DNA of 63,485 nt, counting the filler, from Perkinsus chesapeaki ATCC PRA-425 (lineage: Eukaryota; Protista; Perkinsozoa), in the NCBI GenBank assembly GCA_013115145.1. It is 6 parts of 6 records of this genome, joined end to end, with 100 filler letters (N's around TTAATTAATTAA, not from the genome) between each part and the next. Parts side by side here need not be neighbours in the genome. Positions count along the whole stretch, not along the records: positions 22,594 to 42,282 come from JAAPAO010000635.1; positions 42,383 to 52,800 come from JAAPAO010000888.1; 4 more parts are not named here. One strand, written 5' to 3'. Positions 40,331 to 51,715 of this stretch are shown here, in pieces; position 1 is the first letter of the stretch; each line of letters opens with the position of its first letter. Under the pieces are notes generated by a model that was not told the origin of the DNA, made no database searches, and saw only the letters and a list, made by a program, of their open reading frames with translations. The position numbers were made by a program, and so were the translations under genes.

Positions 40331-42115
40331 GACCACGATGGATTCCAATACAACATAGATGAAGATGAAACTGATGATGACGATGATACCGTTAATACTG
40401 TTTAAATTCAATTTTGCTGCGTGCATGCACGTTTCCGTTTCAAACGTTTCAGCACATGACTGGATAACTTAGTTTTCATTCTTCAATTACTCCATACAAT
40501 TCATCTTCAATCGAGCGTGGTCCTCAAATGTCCTTTCCTTGCACCTGAAACCTCTGAATTTGTATATTGGGGGCTTATCATGCGCTAGCTTCGTTGCTAA
40601 GACTGTACGTATCAGCTAGATAAGCAGCTAACAGAATTCCCAATATTTCACTTTCGCGACTTGATACCTATGAAACCGATCTATATGCCAAGTTGGCACA
40701 GAGATATCAGCATGTTGAAGCCAGCTGAACTTGCTACGTAGTGAGCGTGGTATTACTACTGCCAAGTGTGATCGAGGAGCTAGCACAAAGTACGATCGAG
40801 AACACGAGGATTGTGTCACGAGCTCGATACCAAGCAACAAAGCGACATGTTGACAATCTTTGGCGTGTTTTAGTTTAAGGTTGACATTTTAGTACTTGCA
40901 AACGCAATCGCGAGATTTACTAGACAAAAGTGTCGACCTAGTATCCGACAGACGAGAGCCCATGATAGGTTGGCCTTTTCTGCTGATTGGTAGTGAGTTA
41001 CTACCAGTGACTAGTTGGGTTAAGAGCGACCATGAAACGGTAGCGACCTACACAAAATACCAAAATACTTCATGTATATCCAGTTTATGCAGGGTGTGAC
41101 TACCTTGAGATAGATGGTCAGAAGTTCCGACTCAGAACGGGCTTCAGTTCGGGAAGTAGCATGTGTCACCGGGTAGATTTGTTTCCGGGTCTATGCAGTT
41201 GGCGCCCTCGAGACAGCCCTAACAAATGGATGATTCGCCGTTCATTCATGCATTCCCACATACCGTGTCATCCTGGCAAGTCATCATACACAGGCCGCCT
41301 ATACATCTGATCGTCTTCCCTTCGGGAGGAGCAGGGCAGTCAAGTACCGTAGAACACACCTCGGCACATACAACCCTTGGGATCTCATCATCTTCACCCT
41401 GAAAATAGAGTCATTGTGTGCCTCACAGAAGCTGGGCGCCCCACAACCGCTAACCCACTTTTATATACGCAACAGCGACACCGAGGTCGCAGTCGCAAGG
41501 GTTCACTAGGTTGGTGGCGGGGTCATAAACGCATTTGCCCCCATATGGAGCCGCATAAGGGGCACCTAAGCTTGAGGTGTATACTTATCATCACGGTGTA
41601 TTATTCAACCTGCTGGTAAGGAGTTGTCCTGAAGATGGCGCATGTTCGGCCTAACAATAATACATTTGCTCTTTGATAATAAATATGAGAATGGAGCTCG
41701 TCGAGAGACGAAAAGATGCAAACAAGAGGTCTAACCGTATCTTACGAGCTTTCTTCGGCGTTTCGGAAGAGCTCACCCTCCATAATAGCCCTCCCTCATA
41801 AGAGAAGCACAGCAAGGGCATAATACTGATGGTTGCTTTCATGGTGATGAAGACAATGTTGAGAAGATTCTACTCGGTGGAGAGCTGATAGGATGGCACT
41901 TCTTACGGCTGCCAGCCAAACTCAGCTAAATGAAGGTTGTCCTGCGGGGACTCCTCGTGTGACCCGAGTGCTTGTAGAGTCGACGCAGAGAGATGAACCG
42001 ATATACCCCTAAACAATAAATCAAGCACTTCCCTCGTCGCCTGGGTACCTGGCCAGCGCTCAGTGGTTAAGTTGTAAATGAATGGTCTACCCGTTACTAT
42101 ATATGTATTACCATA

Positions 42116-42137
42116 TTAATAAGTTATTAATAATAAC
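42116..42137. repeat. 22-nt excision-type footprint TTAATAA-GTTATTAA-TAATAAC (site TTAATAAC)
   Basis: Exact N1-7/rc(N1-8)/N2-8 match; AT-rich, so weaker than the others. Confidence 0.7.
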
Positions 42138-43015
42138 CATAGCTAGGACCGCTGTAACAGCGGTTGAACGGTTTGAATTTCACGCCCCATCCTTCATTAG
42201 GGTGGTGGTAGGTCAGTTAAAGTTCTAGTTGCACAGAATTGCCAGTAACGGTAGACCAGTCGAACCAGCCGCCTTCAGTAACNNNNNNNNNNNNNNNNNN
42301 NNNNNNNNNNNNNNNNNNNNNNNNNNTTAATTAATTAANNNNNNNNNNNNNNNNNNNNNNNNNNNNNNNNNNNNNNNNNNNNGCTAGCCTAGCTCTGTCC
42401 CTTAGTTGTGTGCTGAAAAGTGCGCGCGCCACAAATCTCAACACCTCTCCATGCGTAGTCTCTTTGGAAACAACACTAGTGGTCGGGGACCACTCTTAGT
42501 TATTCAATTTCCGATATACATCTGAACCAGTTGTGTTCGAAAAAAGATGATGTTGGCGGACTCGAGGAGCAGGTCGATAAAACGGTGATAATGGCCGCAT
42601 TTCAAAGTACTATGCAGCGGGATGGGGAAGTGTACCATCACCCTGACTAAGACCTTATTAAGGGGTGTCATTAGTATATTGAGTAAGGCATTTATATATG
42701 ATTCTGATCCACGCCGTCCTCTCATAACTTTGATTGTGTGCGACTCGAAAGGTGAGATTTGGCGGCCTGAATTTACCACTCGTAATTTCGTACTAGACCC
42801 CGAAATAGGTTGATTATACTATATTAGTGTGACCCAATCAACAATTAGTTATTACTATCCCATATTACAGACTGATATTAATATATAACGGTAAGATATG
42901 TACTACTTGACTACTTTTAACGCACGGGGAGCACATCAATCTGGGAAGTATAAATACACATATATTGTTTGTACTTATTCGCGGTGACCGAAATGAGTGC
43001 TGAACTAATACAAGA

Positions 43016-43214
43016 AAATCAGTGGTCTTATAGGAAATCAGTGGTCTTATAGGGGATCAGTGGTCTTATAGGAAATCAGTGGTCTTATAGGGAATCAGTA
43101 GTTTTATAGGAAATCAGTGGTCTCATTGGAAATCAGTGGTCTTATAGGGAATCAGTAGTTTTATAAGAAATCAGTGGTCTTATTGGAAATCAGTGGTCTT
43201 ATAGGGTATCAGTG
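43016..43214 (+). repeat. 19-20 bp minisatellite (AATCAGTGGTCTTATAGG[G]A), about 10 units
   Basis: Head-to-tail degenerate units, no spacers. Confidence 0.9.
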
Positions 43215-46200
43215 AAAAGTGGATCCGGTGGTTATTCATTAGAACAAATATCATTAAGATATATACTACTGTTTGAAAGCCAAGCTACAAAATTTCATAT
43301 TTAACAAATAACTTAAGAAGTCGAGGGCATCGAAAAAATGATTGGCTTCGATGCAGCGGAATCGTCTGGGGAATATATCTTCTATCATGCGCCATGTCAA
43401 TGTCTCATGGTTCCGTGGTGCATTTCACTTGATATGAATAACAATATTTCGATCATCGATATATGTTCGCACACTGTTTGGTATGAAGTGTGTAGTGCGC
43501 TGGAGTGATACTTGTGCGGTGGGCGAGTTATTCGAGGCAGTGCGGATAGTTGGTGGTTGGATGGTTGGAAGTTTCTTGCTTGAACTGGCCATTTTATGTA
43601 AATGGCCAGTTTAACAGTTTTTGTTTACAAGCCTGGGGGTTTAATACTTATACTGTTATTGCATGGTCCACCGAATGGCAACGCGACTCCCACATTTGAG
43701 CTCGTAATAGTGTAACATCGGCACTACTAGAGCGAAGCATACAAATAGTGCACCTCTGATGGTTCTTTGAAAATCTCGACTTTGGCAGCAATGTCATGAA
43801 CTTCATGACATGAAGGGGAGCTGCCCAGCGTTGTGCAGTGAAACTGTGAAGCGGAATGGGAACATTATACGTATATGGGGACACAAATTGTGTCGACGGT
43901 CCCACGGAACTATGCACGACGGCTAATGGACAACGGGAAACGATGAGGAAATGCAAAATATCATTCCTGAATCTCTTTGAATGAACTTCGGTTCGGCGCG
44001 TCCTTTCTACGACTTGGTGGTCATGCATTCTCTTTTAAGGTGGCGGATTTAGGGAAAAGTGAAAGCAGTGGTACCAGTTGTTGTCCTACTTTATGATTCT
44101 TGCAATCCAGCTCTGATGCTGTTGGTTTGCGGGGGCGAACCATGCTTTCGCATCCTCAGAGCATGCACCACGCTATTCCCCTCAAAGTCCCTTATGCACG
44201 CATTATAGCATGTACTATGCTACTTTTCCATCTCTGGCTGCCTATTTCCACTGTGGCCTGGAAGCGAGTGCCTGCATGAGGAAAGGAAGCTCCATGACTT
44301 GTGGTAAGCTAGAGAGTCCTACAGGAGAACTCCAGCAGGACCAGCAGTTGGTCATTTGCGTAACGGACTGCCGCTTACCGCAGCACATACGCCTTTGAGA
44401 ATACACTCATTAGTTACGCTACTTGTAGCCAAGAGGGTTGGCCAAGAGGACCATATCATGGTCTCCTCCACAATCTCCTCCGCGGTGCCAGGGATCCTGT
44501 CACAGAACTACTGTGACCGCAGTGCTGTCACCGTAACGCTCTTCGACTCGCAAAGCACAATCGAGCCACCGCTTTAGTATGGTTAAACTTCTTGCAAAAC
44601 TCGATCACACGGTGTGAGTTACGCTCAATCCTTCCGTACATTGGTCTTGGCCAGTAGCAGCATTATCTCCAAAAAGAGACAATCCCCAAAGGAGTGGCTC
44701 GTTATTCGGCAATATCGTTGTGTCACAACCGTTTCGGTCTGCGAACGGAGAACGAGTTAGAATTGATCGTTCGGACCACGAAGCGCACCATTACAGGAGG
44801 CACTCGGAGTGCCACACTCCCCTATAACGTGTATGAATGCACATGTGGACAAATGCATGGCAAATCACTATCGGCACCCCATCGTTGTATTTGTAATGAA
44901 TTAGGATCTAGCTTTACGTTGAAGTTCTCTTCCTGTTTCCCGCGAAATAAAATGAGCATTGTTGGATCGTCTCCCTACCAGCGTCTCATATGAGAGAGTC
45001 TCTCAGAGAGACTCTAGAGGAGCTCCGCCAGGCCATCACCGAAGCGATCAATAAACTTAGCGCTGTGAAGCTTCGCAACGGTAAGCAAACCTTCACCGGA
45101 TCCATTCGCGTGCTCTTTAACACGCATTCCTCTCGTCGAAGTTCTCGGTAAAACTGGAGTCTAAACTCTTAGCACTTAATGCCGGCGGCCGTGTCCTCGT
45201 CGGGATTCTTTCCTGCTTGGATATATGTGTAGATAAACGCCGCCATTCTACGGCATCGACGACTGCCAGCAGCGTGACCGGGCTCGAAGTGAAGGAGGAA
45301 TTCTCACAGCCTCGCGAAATCCCTGAGGGTCACCATCCCATCACGAGTCGGAAAGCATCCACGGGCCAGAAGCGCGGGAATCGAATGATGATGATCGAGG
45401 ACCTGAGAGTAGGCATGACTGGGTGAGTCTTGGCTTCAAGCTACAGTACTTCATATTTTCGTGCTGTCTCACATGATTCTGCCCAGTTGGTACATCGAGG
45501 CCAGGATACGCCTGTGGATACGAAGACGGAGGTGCGACCTATCACCGCTGGTGAACTCTTCTACGTAAACGTGCACGACTAATGTGGAATCCACGTTAAA
45601 TTGCTGTTCTTCGATGAGGTGGGACATCAAATTATGTGATTCACATATCTCTTGGTTTCAATAACCATGCAGTTTTGTTGATCTTTGCGACATGGAAATA
45701 TTAACAATATCTTTTTTGCGATCTTTGTCATATACCATATAATATGTCAGGGGCGGATCCAGGCCTGTCAGTCGAGGGGGGCGTAGGGGTACCAGGGTAT
45801 CCCACTCAGGGGGCGCGAAGATCAAACAAAACAATCGAATTGTTTTTTATGAAATGATTATTATTGGACCAATAATATTGGTGAGAAAGTCTATTGCGGC
45901 CTTAGGAACCTGTAAGAGGTCTGCAAATCGGTAGGTAAGTGCTCTCCGCCTCTTTCCAGAACATCACGTAGCAAAGCGAATCGCTTTAAGCGATCTCTAG
46001 TTTCAGGGCCTGAGTTGGCGTTCCTTCGTCGGGTTTTTTTCTCAGTAGCTCGTAGCGGACGCTCTTGCATAACGGTACGAACATATCCTTACGAAAGTCA
46101 TCACGACCAACACCAGCTTCCTCATAATCAACACGTGCTCTTCGACGGGGACGCTGAGCTAGCGGGGGAAGTTCCAGTGCAGGAGTTCCAGTTCCTTAGA

Positions 46201-46545
46201 GTTCCAGTAGTTTAATTCGGCGATAGTCACAATTTGTGACTCACAAAAAATTTCAAGAAAATTTGACGTCGAATTCCGATCATTCCCTCTCAACTTTCTG
46301 CGCGCATCAGAACAGAGCGGGCTGCAGTACATTCATATATCCCAAATCGGGATATTGGGATTCCCAATACGGCATTTAATTTTGACTTCCAGGCGGCACA
46401 CAAATACTACAGCGAAATGGAAGAGTCGGCCTCATACCTGTTCACTGGTGGACGGATTTGCAAGGCACACAATGTGTACAAATAAGAGGGCACGGATTGA
46501 AGTGAGTTAATTTCCAGAAGCCGTGTTACTCTGGTAAACCTTAGA

Positions 46546-48194
46546 TTGAGTTCGACTGCAATGCTGATATCAGAAGAGTGCCCCATACCATTGATTCAAC
46601 ACAAGCCTAATCTTGAAAATGAGGTAGCAAAGTGGTCCTTGTTGTTAGATTATTCAGCCTCTCCCAGAGTCTCGGCTTCAGGTGAGTTGAAGCCTGTCGA
46701 AGCTATATACCTCACAAGTCAGCTGTCCTCCTTTTTGCTTCTTATTCGGGTAGGTACCGAACTATATCGCAAGGAGTAATGATGCATGCGAGGCGGTAAA
46801 TCGAGCCCTGAAATACGGTAACAATTGCTACAATTGAATTGTAAGCGTTGTGAACCCTTGTTGCAGGACTAATAAAAAAAGGAACCTCGATAGCCTGCCT
46901 CACGAGCTCATGAAGGTGTGCACCGGCTATAGTCGAAGGATCGAAGCTAATCTCAAAGCCTTCAACGATGATGGCAAGCTTGAGCGAAAATATGTGATTG
47001 AGGGTGGAAAATGACTAGACCAAAAACGGCCAAAAATATCTGGATGAATGGAGCCCAGACGAGATATTACTTACCTTCACACCAGATCATCATGGGATGG
47101 AGGAAGAACGAGTTGGAGGCAGTCATCAAGGGTTTCCACGTGCGATACGAGAGCAACTCTAGCGACTCTGGGCGATCTTGGGATGAGTATCAGTATCTAA
47201 TGCGGAATATACTTGTCATTGAGCGATGCCGACCTCACTATGAATGCAGCTGCCCAGAAGGACGCACTGGGGTAATACCCCAGGGGTATGTGAACATGTT
47301 ATCGGGGCGTATCTGCTGGAAAACAAAGTCAAAGGGTATAATTGGAAAGAATTTACCTTGCCAGGAGTATCTCCAGAAAGAAGACCCAGGTAATAACCCT
47401 TAAATCCTGAAACTTCGGCGACCAATTCTCAGATACAACTCGACGCCTGCACGAGGAATAGACTCGTCCCACCAGGAACGGAGCATGGGCCTAGTAGCAT
47501 TCATACAACTACCGAACTCTCTCTCGTTACCGGGCATGGCCTAGATCGTGAAGGAATCTAATCACCCGGAAAATCCAGTCCATACAATCAATGATAACTA
47601 CAGTTATGGTATGCAGACTGGCAACTCTCTTGAGACTCTCAAGTTGAGAGATACTTCACACCCTAAGCGGATGGGAAGAAGCGTCGCCACCGAAGAAAAG
47701 TACAACAAAAGCAATGCCAAAGCAGTGAGAGAACGAACCCTGATGTTGAGGAGGCCGTTGAGATGATGGACCATATTGCCGGAGAGATCGTTAAGATGAT
47801 GGACCATAATGGAGGAGAGGTCGCTGAGATGATGGACCATAATGGAGGAGAGATCATTGAGATGATGGACCATAATGAAGGAGAGGTCGTTGAGATGATG
47901 GACCATAATGGAGGAGAGGTCGGTGAGATGATGGACCATAATGAAGGAGAGATCATTGACATGATGGACCATAATGAAGGAGAGGTCGTTGAGATGATGT
48001 ACCATGATGAAGCAGAGGTCGTTGAGATGATAGAGCATATTGCCGAAGAGGTCGTTGAGATGATGGACTATAATGAAGGAGAGGTCGTTGAGATGATGGA
48101 CCATAGTGAAGGAGAGGTCGTTGAGATGATGGGCTATAATGAAGGAGGGATGTTAACGATTGGTACAGGTAAAACACGTACACCTAATGTTTAA
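46546..48194 (+). pseudogene. Decayed SWIM zinc-finger (MULE-transposase-like) gene with a C-terminal 11-aa repeat
   Basis: YECSCPEGRTG[V]CEHVIGAYLL emerges after removing the 14-nt insert at 47268; several stops and frameshifts; MULE assignment rests on the SWIM motif only. Confidence 0.65.
47745..48145 (+). repeat. 33-bp coding tandem repeat (GAGATGATGGACCATAATGAAGGAGAGGTCGTT; MMDHNEGEVVE), about 12 units
   Basis: Direct reading; ORF 47763-48194. Confidence 0.9.
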
Positions 48195-48985
48195 TCTCCA
48201 TAAATCACGTTCATACTCAACTCGATTGCTGGAAACACGTACACAGTCGGCTCGTTCGCTCCTACTCAGATCATCGGCAGTTTGACTACCAAAAGTACGT
48301 GCATTATTATATCGTATCCATAAGCTCGGTACACTTGCATTCAGTACACTAAAAGTTCGTACACTTTCACTCCGTACACTCGAAAAATTTGAAAAGGCAG
48401 TTGCTCCGGCTCCGCCGGCGCTTTAACTCCCAGCTTACTCACCCCAAGCTTTCAGCTCCTCACACTCCCGTGAACTTAAAATACTCCGGGTCAGGCTCGA
48501 ACGGAGAGCCATGCGCTTGCCAGATGTCCCTTATACCACTAGAGCAATCCGACTACACGATTCAATGTCGCATTGACTCGGTATTGATCCCCCAAAAAGT
48601 GCTTATCGCTTCGCCGGACAGATAAAGTTTGCCAGTTATGTCGCCTCTGGGAATTGAACGCTCAGCCTCTGGATTAAAAACTAGTGATCTCCCTACTGAA
48701 CTGGAAGAATATCGCGTAAGTGTACGAGCCATCGGGTATACGAGTTCGAGGAGTACGAAATCAAACTGAACCAAATCTTCGTGTACGACACTTATATGAA
48801 CGAGATTTTTGTGTACTACTTGGCTCTGAACCTATTTTTGGTGTATCACATTTTGTCGACAGAGACTTGAGTGTACGGGAATTTGGTGTACCAGCTAAAG
48901 GTCAAAAATTCCGTGTACGAGTTTCATGTGTACCGTACACAAGTGTACACAGTGTACGTAATTTGTGTGTACCAGTCGTTATACA
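48170..48985. mobile_element. Candidate non-autonomous DNA element with opposed (C)GTACAC / GTGTAC(G) subterminal motif arrays
   Basis: About 6 GTACAC copies at 48170-48385 and about 10 GTGTAC-type copies at 48720-48980; no clear TIR or TSD found. Confidence 0.45.
48641..48709 (-). pseudogene. Degenerate tRNA-Lys(UUU)-like sequence or SINE head
   Basis: Minus strand AGTTCAGTAGGGAGA (A-box-like), TTTTTAATCCAG (anticodon arm-like), GTTCAATTCCCAG (T-loop-like); stems pair poorly. Confidence 0.35.
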
Positions 48986-49533
48986 CCCGTTCCTATGAGG
49001 ACATCCCTATGAGTCCTGCGAGGTTCGAATTCAGATAAATCAGTAGAATGAGCCGTATCTAGCTTGACTCTCAAGTCTCTATTTTCCTCAAGAATTTCAA
49101 GGTATTGTTTCTTAATCAATTCAGCAAGAGTCCTGGCGGACTCTTGCAATCTGGCGCCGAATGAATCAGAAAGAATCCGATCGCTATTGAGACATTCATT
49201 CACAACGTCCTCGATCTCGCGTACTAAATCTTTAAAGGGCACATAGCCATTTGCTGAACTATGATAGTTCAACTATCCGACCCATCGCTAGCGGCCCTGT
49301 CGTTTGCGATACTACCATTTTGCTCGTTAGCTTCTCCGGATTCAAGGTGATCCTCATCATCCGAGTCTTCCTCATCGGCCCAGCCTAGCTTGTTCTTCTT
49401 CAATCCAGTAACATTCGGCGACGGGGGGCACGGGAGCGTTTGCCGCGCTGGGTTGGAGTCTTCCCAGACGGCGGAATTGGCATGGTTTAAAGTTGTTAGT
49501 TGAAGAAAAATCCAACTTGGGCCAGATGGCTAC
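48979..49533 (-). pseudogene. Processed (retroposed) pseudogene beginning with a relict spliced leader
   Basis: GTAGCCATCTGGCCCAAG at 49533-49516, short pyrimidine-rich UTR, ATG, intronless frames joined once the 49256 footprint is removed. Confidence 0.65.
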
Positions 49534-50186
49534 TTGCGTTGGTCAGGAATAGGGATAGATTGTACCGCCTGCAGCGTGCGCGACATAACATGGATATCAT
49601 CAATAGTACGATCATCCCCAGAAGCAAATGAAATAACACTACGGTTACTAGAAGGCACTATACCATGATTAGCAACCGTCCTCTCAGAGGACTTCTCTGC
49701 GAAGTAACTTAAGGCCGAAAAGCCAATAACTCTTCGACCTCCAAAGAACCCTTATCAATAAGTGTACCACAATACTTTTGGAGCTGCCAAAATGTAGTTG
49801 AATAGACTCGGCCTGAGTCACTCAGGTACCTTTAGCGCAGGGCGTATCGTAAGGGCTATAAAAATATTTTTTACGTTTTTCTCGTGATATAAAATTGCAA
49901 ATGGGCCAGATGATAGCCATAAAAATATTCTTATGAATCATGGTGACACCATGATGGTGTGTGCTGCACACAGTGTGTATGGTTTTTATCATTGAGGTGT
50001 GGATCGTATTTTACAATTCGGGCTGTATAATTAAATCTTATTTCAGGACAGTTTAGGTAGTACTGTAGAGAAGCTTGTAATATCGACTCGAATATTGTGA
50101 TTTATAGCCCCTGGTTTACCAAGTAAACGCCATATAGCTCTTATTGAGACTGAAATAAAAGAGTCTTATTGCTTACTCTCCAGGAC

Positions 50187-51715
50187 TTAACTCCCTTCGT
50201 CCTCATCCTCGTCGTCCACCAGCTCCGTGAAACGCGCCACAGCCTTAGTGTACGCCTTGCGCCTTAGCCGACCTGGGCCATCGCCACCAACATCATCTTG
50301 TTGAATATCAACCTCCAGTTCAGGAGATTCATCAACGGACGGACATGTTTTAACCGATCCTTGTGCAAACCTCTTTATCCCCTTAGGCCTCTTCCTTCGA
50401 GCTTTCGCATTCATCCAATGCTTAACCATATCGGCAATTAGCTCATCGTTCCTAATATTCCTGCTATAAGACTGAAGTGTACGCGTGCACATATTCTTCC
50501 ACAAGTGCTTGTCAGGCGCCGTGCTAAAACTCAACATTTTTTAAGTATGTATGAAAATCCAACTTGAACCCATGCAATTTCTTCGCCCGTATAAAAATGC
50601 GCTTATGAAATGCCCTGCTTTAGCGCTTCATATAACCTCGTCAATGACAAAATGTTCGGTGGTAACTAGGTCGAAAATGACTTCTCCACCTTCCCTGTAT
50701 GCCAACTGGACGGTCGACAGTTCGCCGAGCACTTATGCTCAACTTGCTAACATCATACTGGGCATCCACTAACTTACTTAGTGAACAGTTGCTGATTCCG
50801 GGAATCAGATTCCCGCTGCAGGACTCCCACATGAGCTATAATGCGCAGTCTTCATATGCACTCACGTACTGCTGAGGTATACAGCAGCTGTATTGCAGCT
50901 TGCTATGCCTAGATTGCGTATGGGTCCTGGCAAAGTATACTCATCCTCAGTATAATCTGGTCCAGATAGATCATCGCAATGTCCGGTAGATTTGATGAGA
51001 GCTCGTCTGACTTTGATAACTTGAACAGGAAAAGCATTCATCAGTCGTCCGAAGGTGATATCTGTGACGTTACAGCGTCCATAATATGGACTACATATAA
51101 GCTTTCGCCTTTGATGTCGTATCTTTCAATAAGACCCCTGATGTAAGTCTTAGCTTCCGCCTTGAGGCCCTTCTTCGATGGTTCAGCAAGCTCTTAAGGA
51201 ACTGCTGGTTGAATGCTTCTGTGTTACTGAACTCGGTGCGAGAAGGTGAGATTCTCACCGTGAGAATCGATTGCGCTATACAGTTCGGCCCTAACTGATC
51301 GTTGGACGACTGTCTATAAAAGACAAAAAAAACACCTGCCACAGCTTGAAGCTGTCAGCTTCTCGACTATCCGACGCAATTGGTTGTCTGATTGATGCGA
51401 TTGGCAAACACTAACCCAAGTCTGCCCCAAGCACTGTTTCGCCGTTCGCTGCTTGGCAAGCAGCTAACGGCAAAACACAGTCGGTGATGGAAGCTTTGGT
51501 ATTGGCCGTGCCAATTCGTTCCGCGAGCGGGGCGTGAGCATATTGACTGGACAAAATCGATTGGAATTATTCGAATAACCAACACATTCAGACAGAAGAT
51601 CCCACTGGCAGATTAGCAGTCGTCCCCCAGTAGAAATATTCCGTCTCACTGAGACAGTCTCGGTACACACAGAAGCCCCGTTGCAGAGTACTACTCTGAG
51701 AGTATTCGGTTCCAT
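50187..51715 (-). pseudogene. Fragmented long ORF of unclassified, probably transposon-derived origin
   Basis: Collinear protein-like minus-strand fragments (50187-50537, 50641-50832, 51091-51342, 51367-51715) broken by stops and at least five footprints. Confidence 0.45.

Noticed and set aside
43016-43214. 20-bp repeat as CRISPR or iterons
   Set aside because: Head-to-tail minisatellite with no spacers and no rep gene
44820-44900. YECTCGQMHG as a second SWIM finger
   Set aside because: The terminal CxH is not recoverable
45890-46215. Minus-strand peptide as a hAT dimerisation domain
   Set aside because: Superficial similarity only; several stops, and removing the local footprint did not give a coherent frame
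47268-47289. Footprint as a 12-nt GT-AG micro-intron (GTAATACCCCAG)
   Set aside because: Removing 12 nt leaves the wrong frame, and the other footprints lack splice dinucleotides
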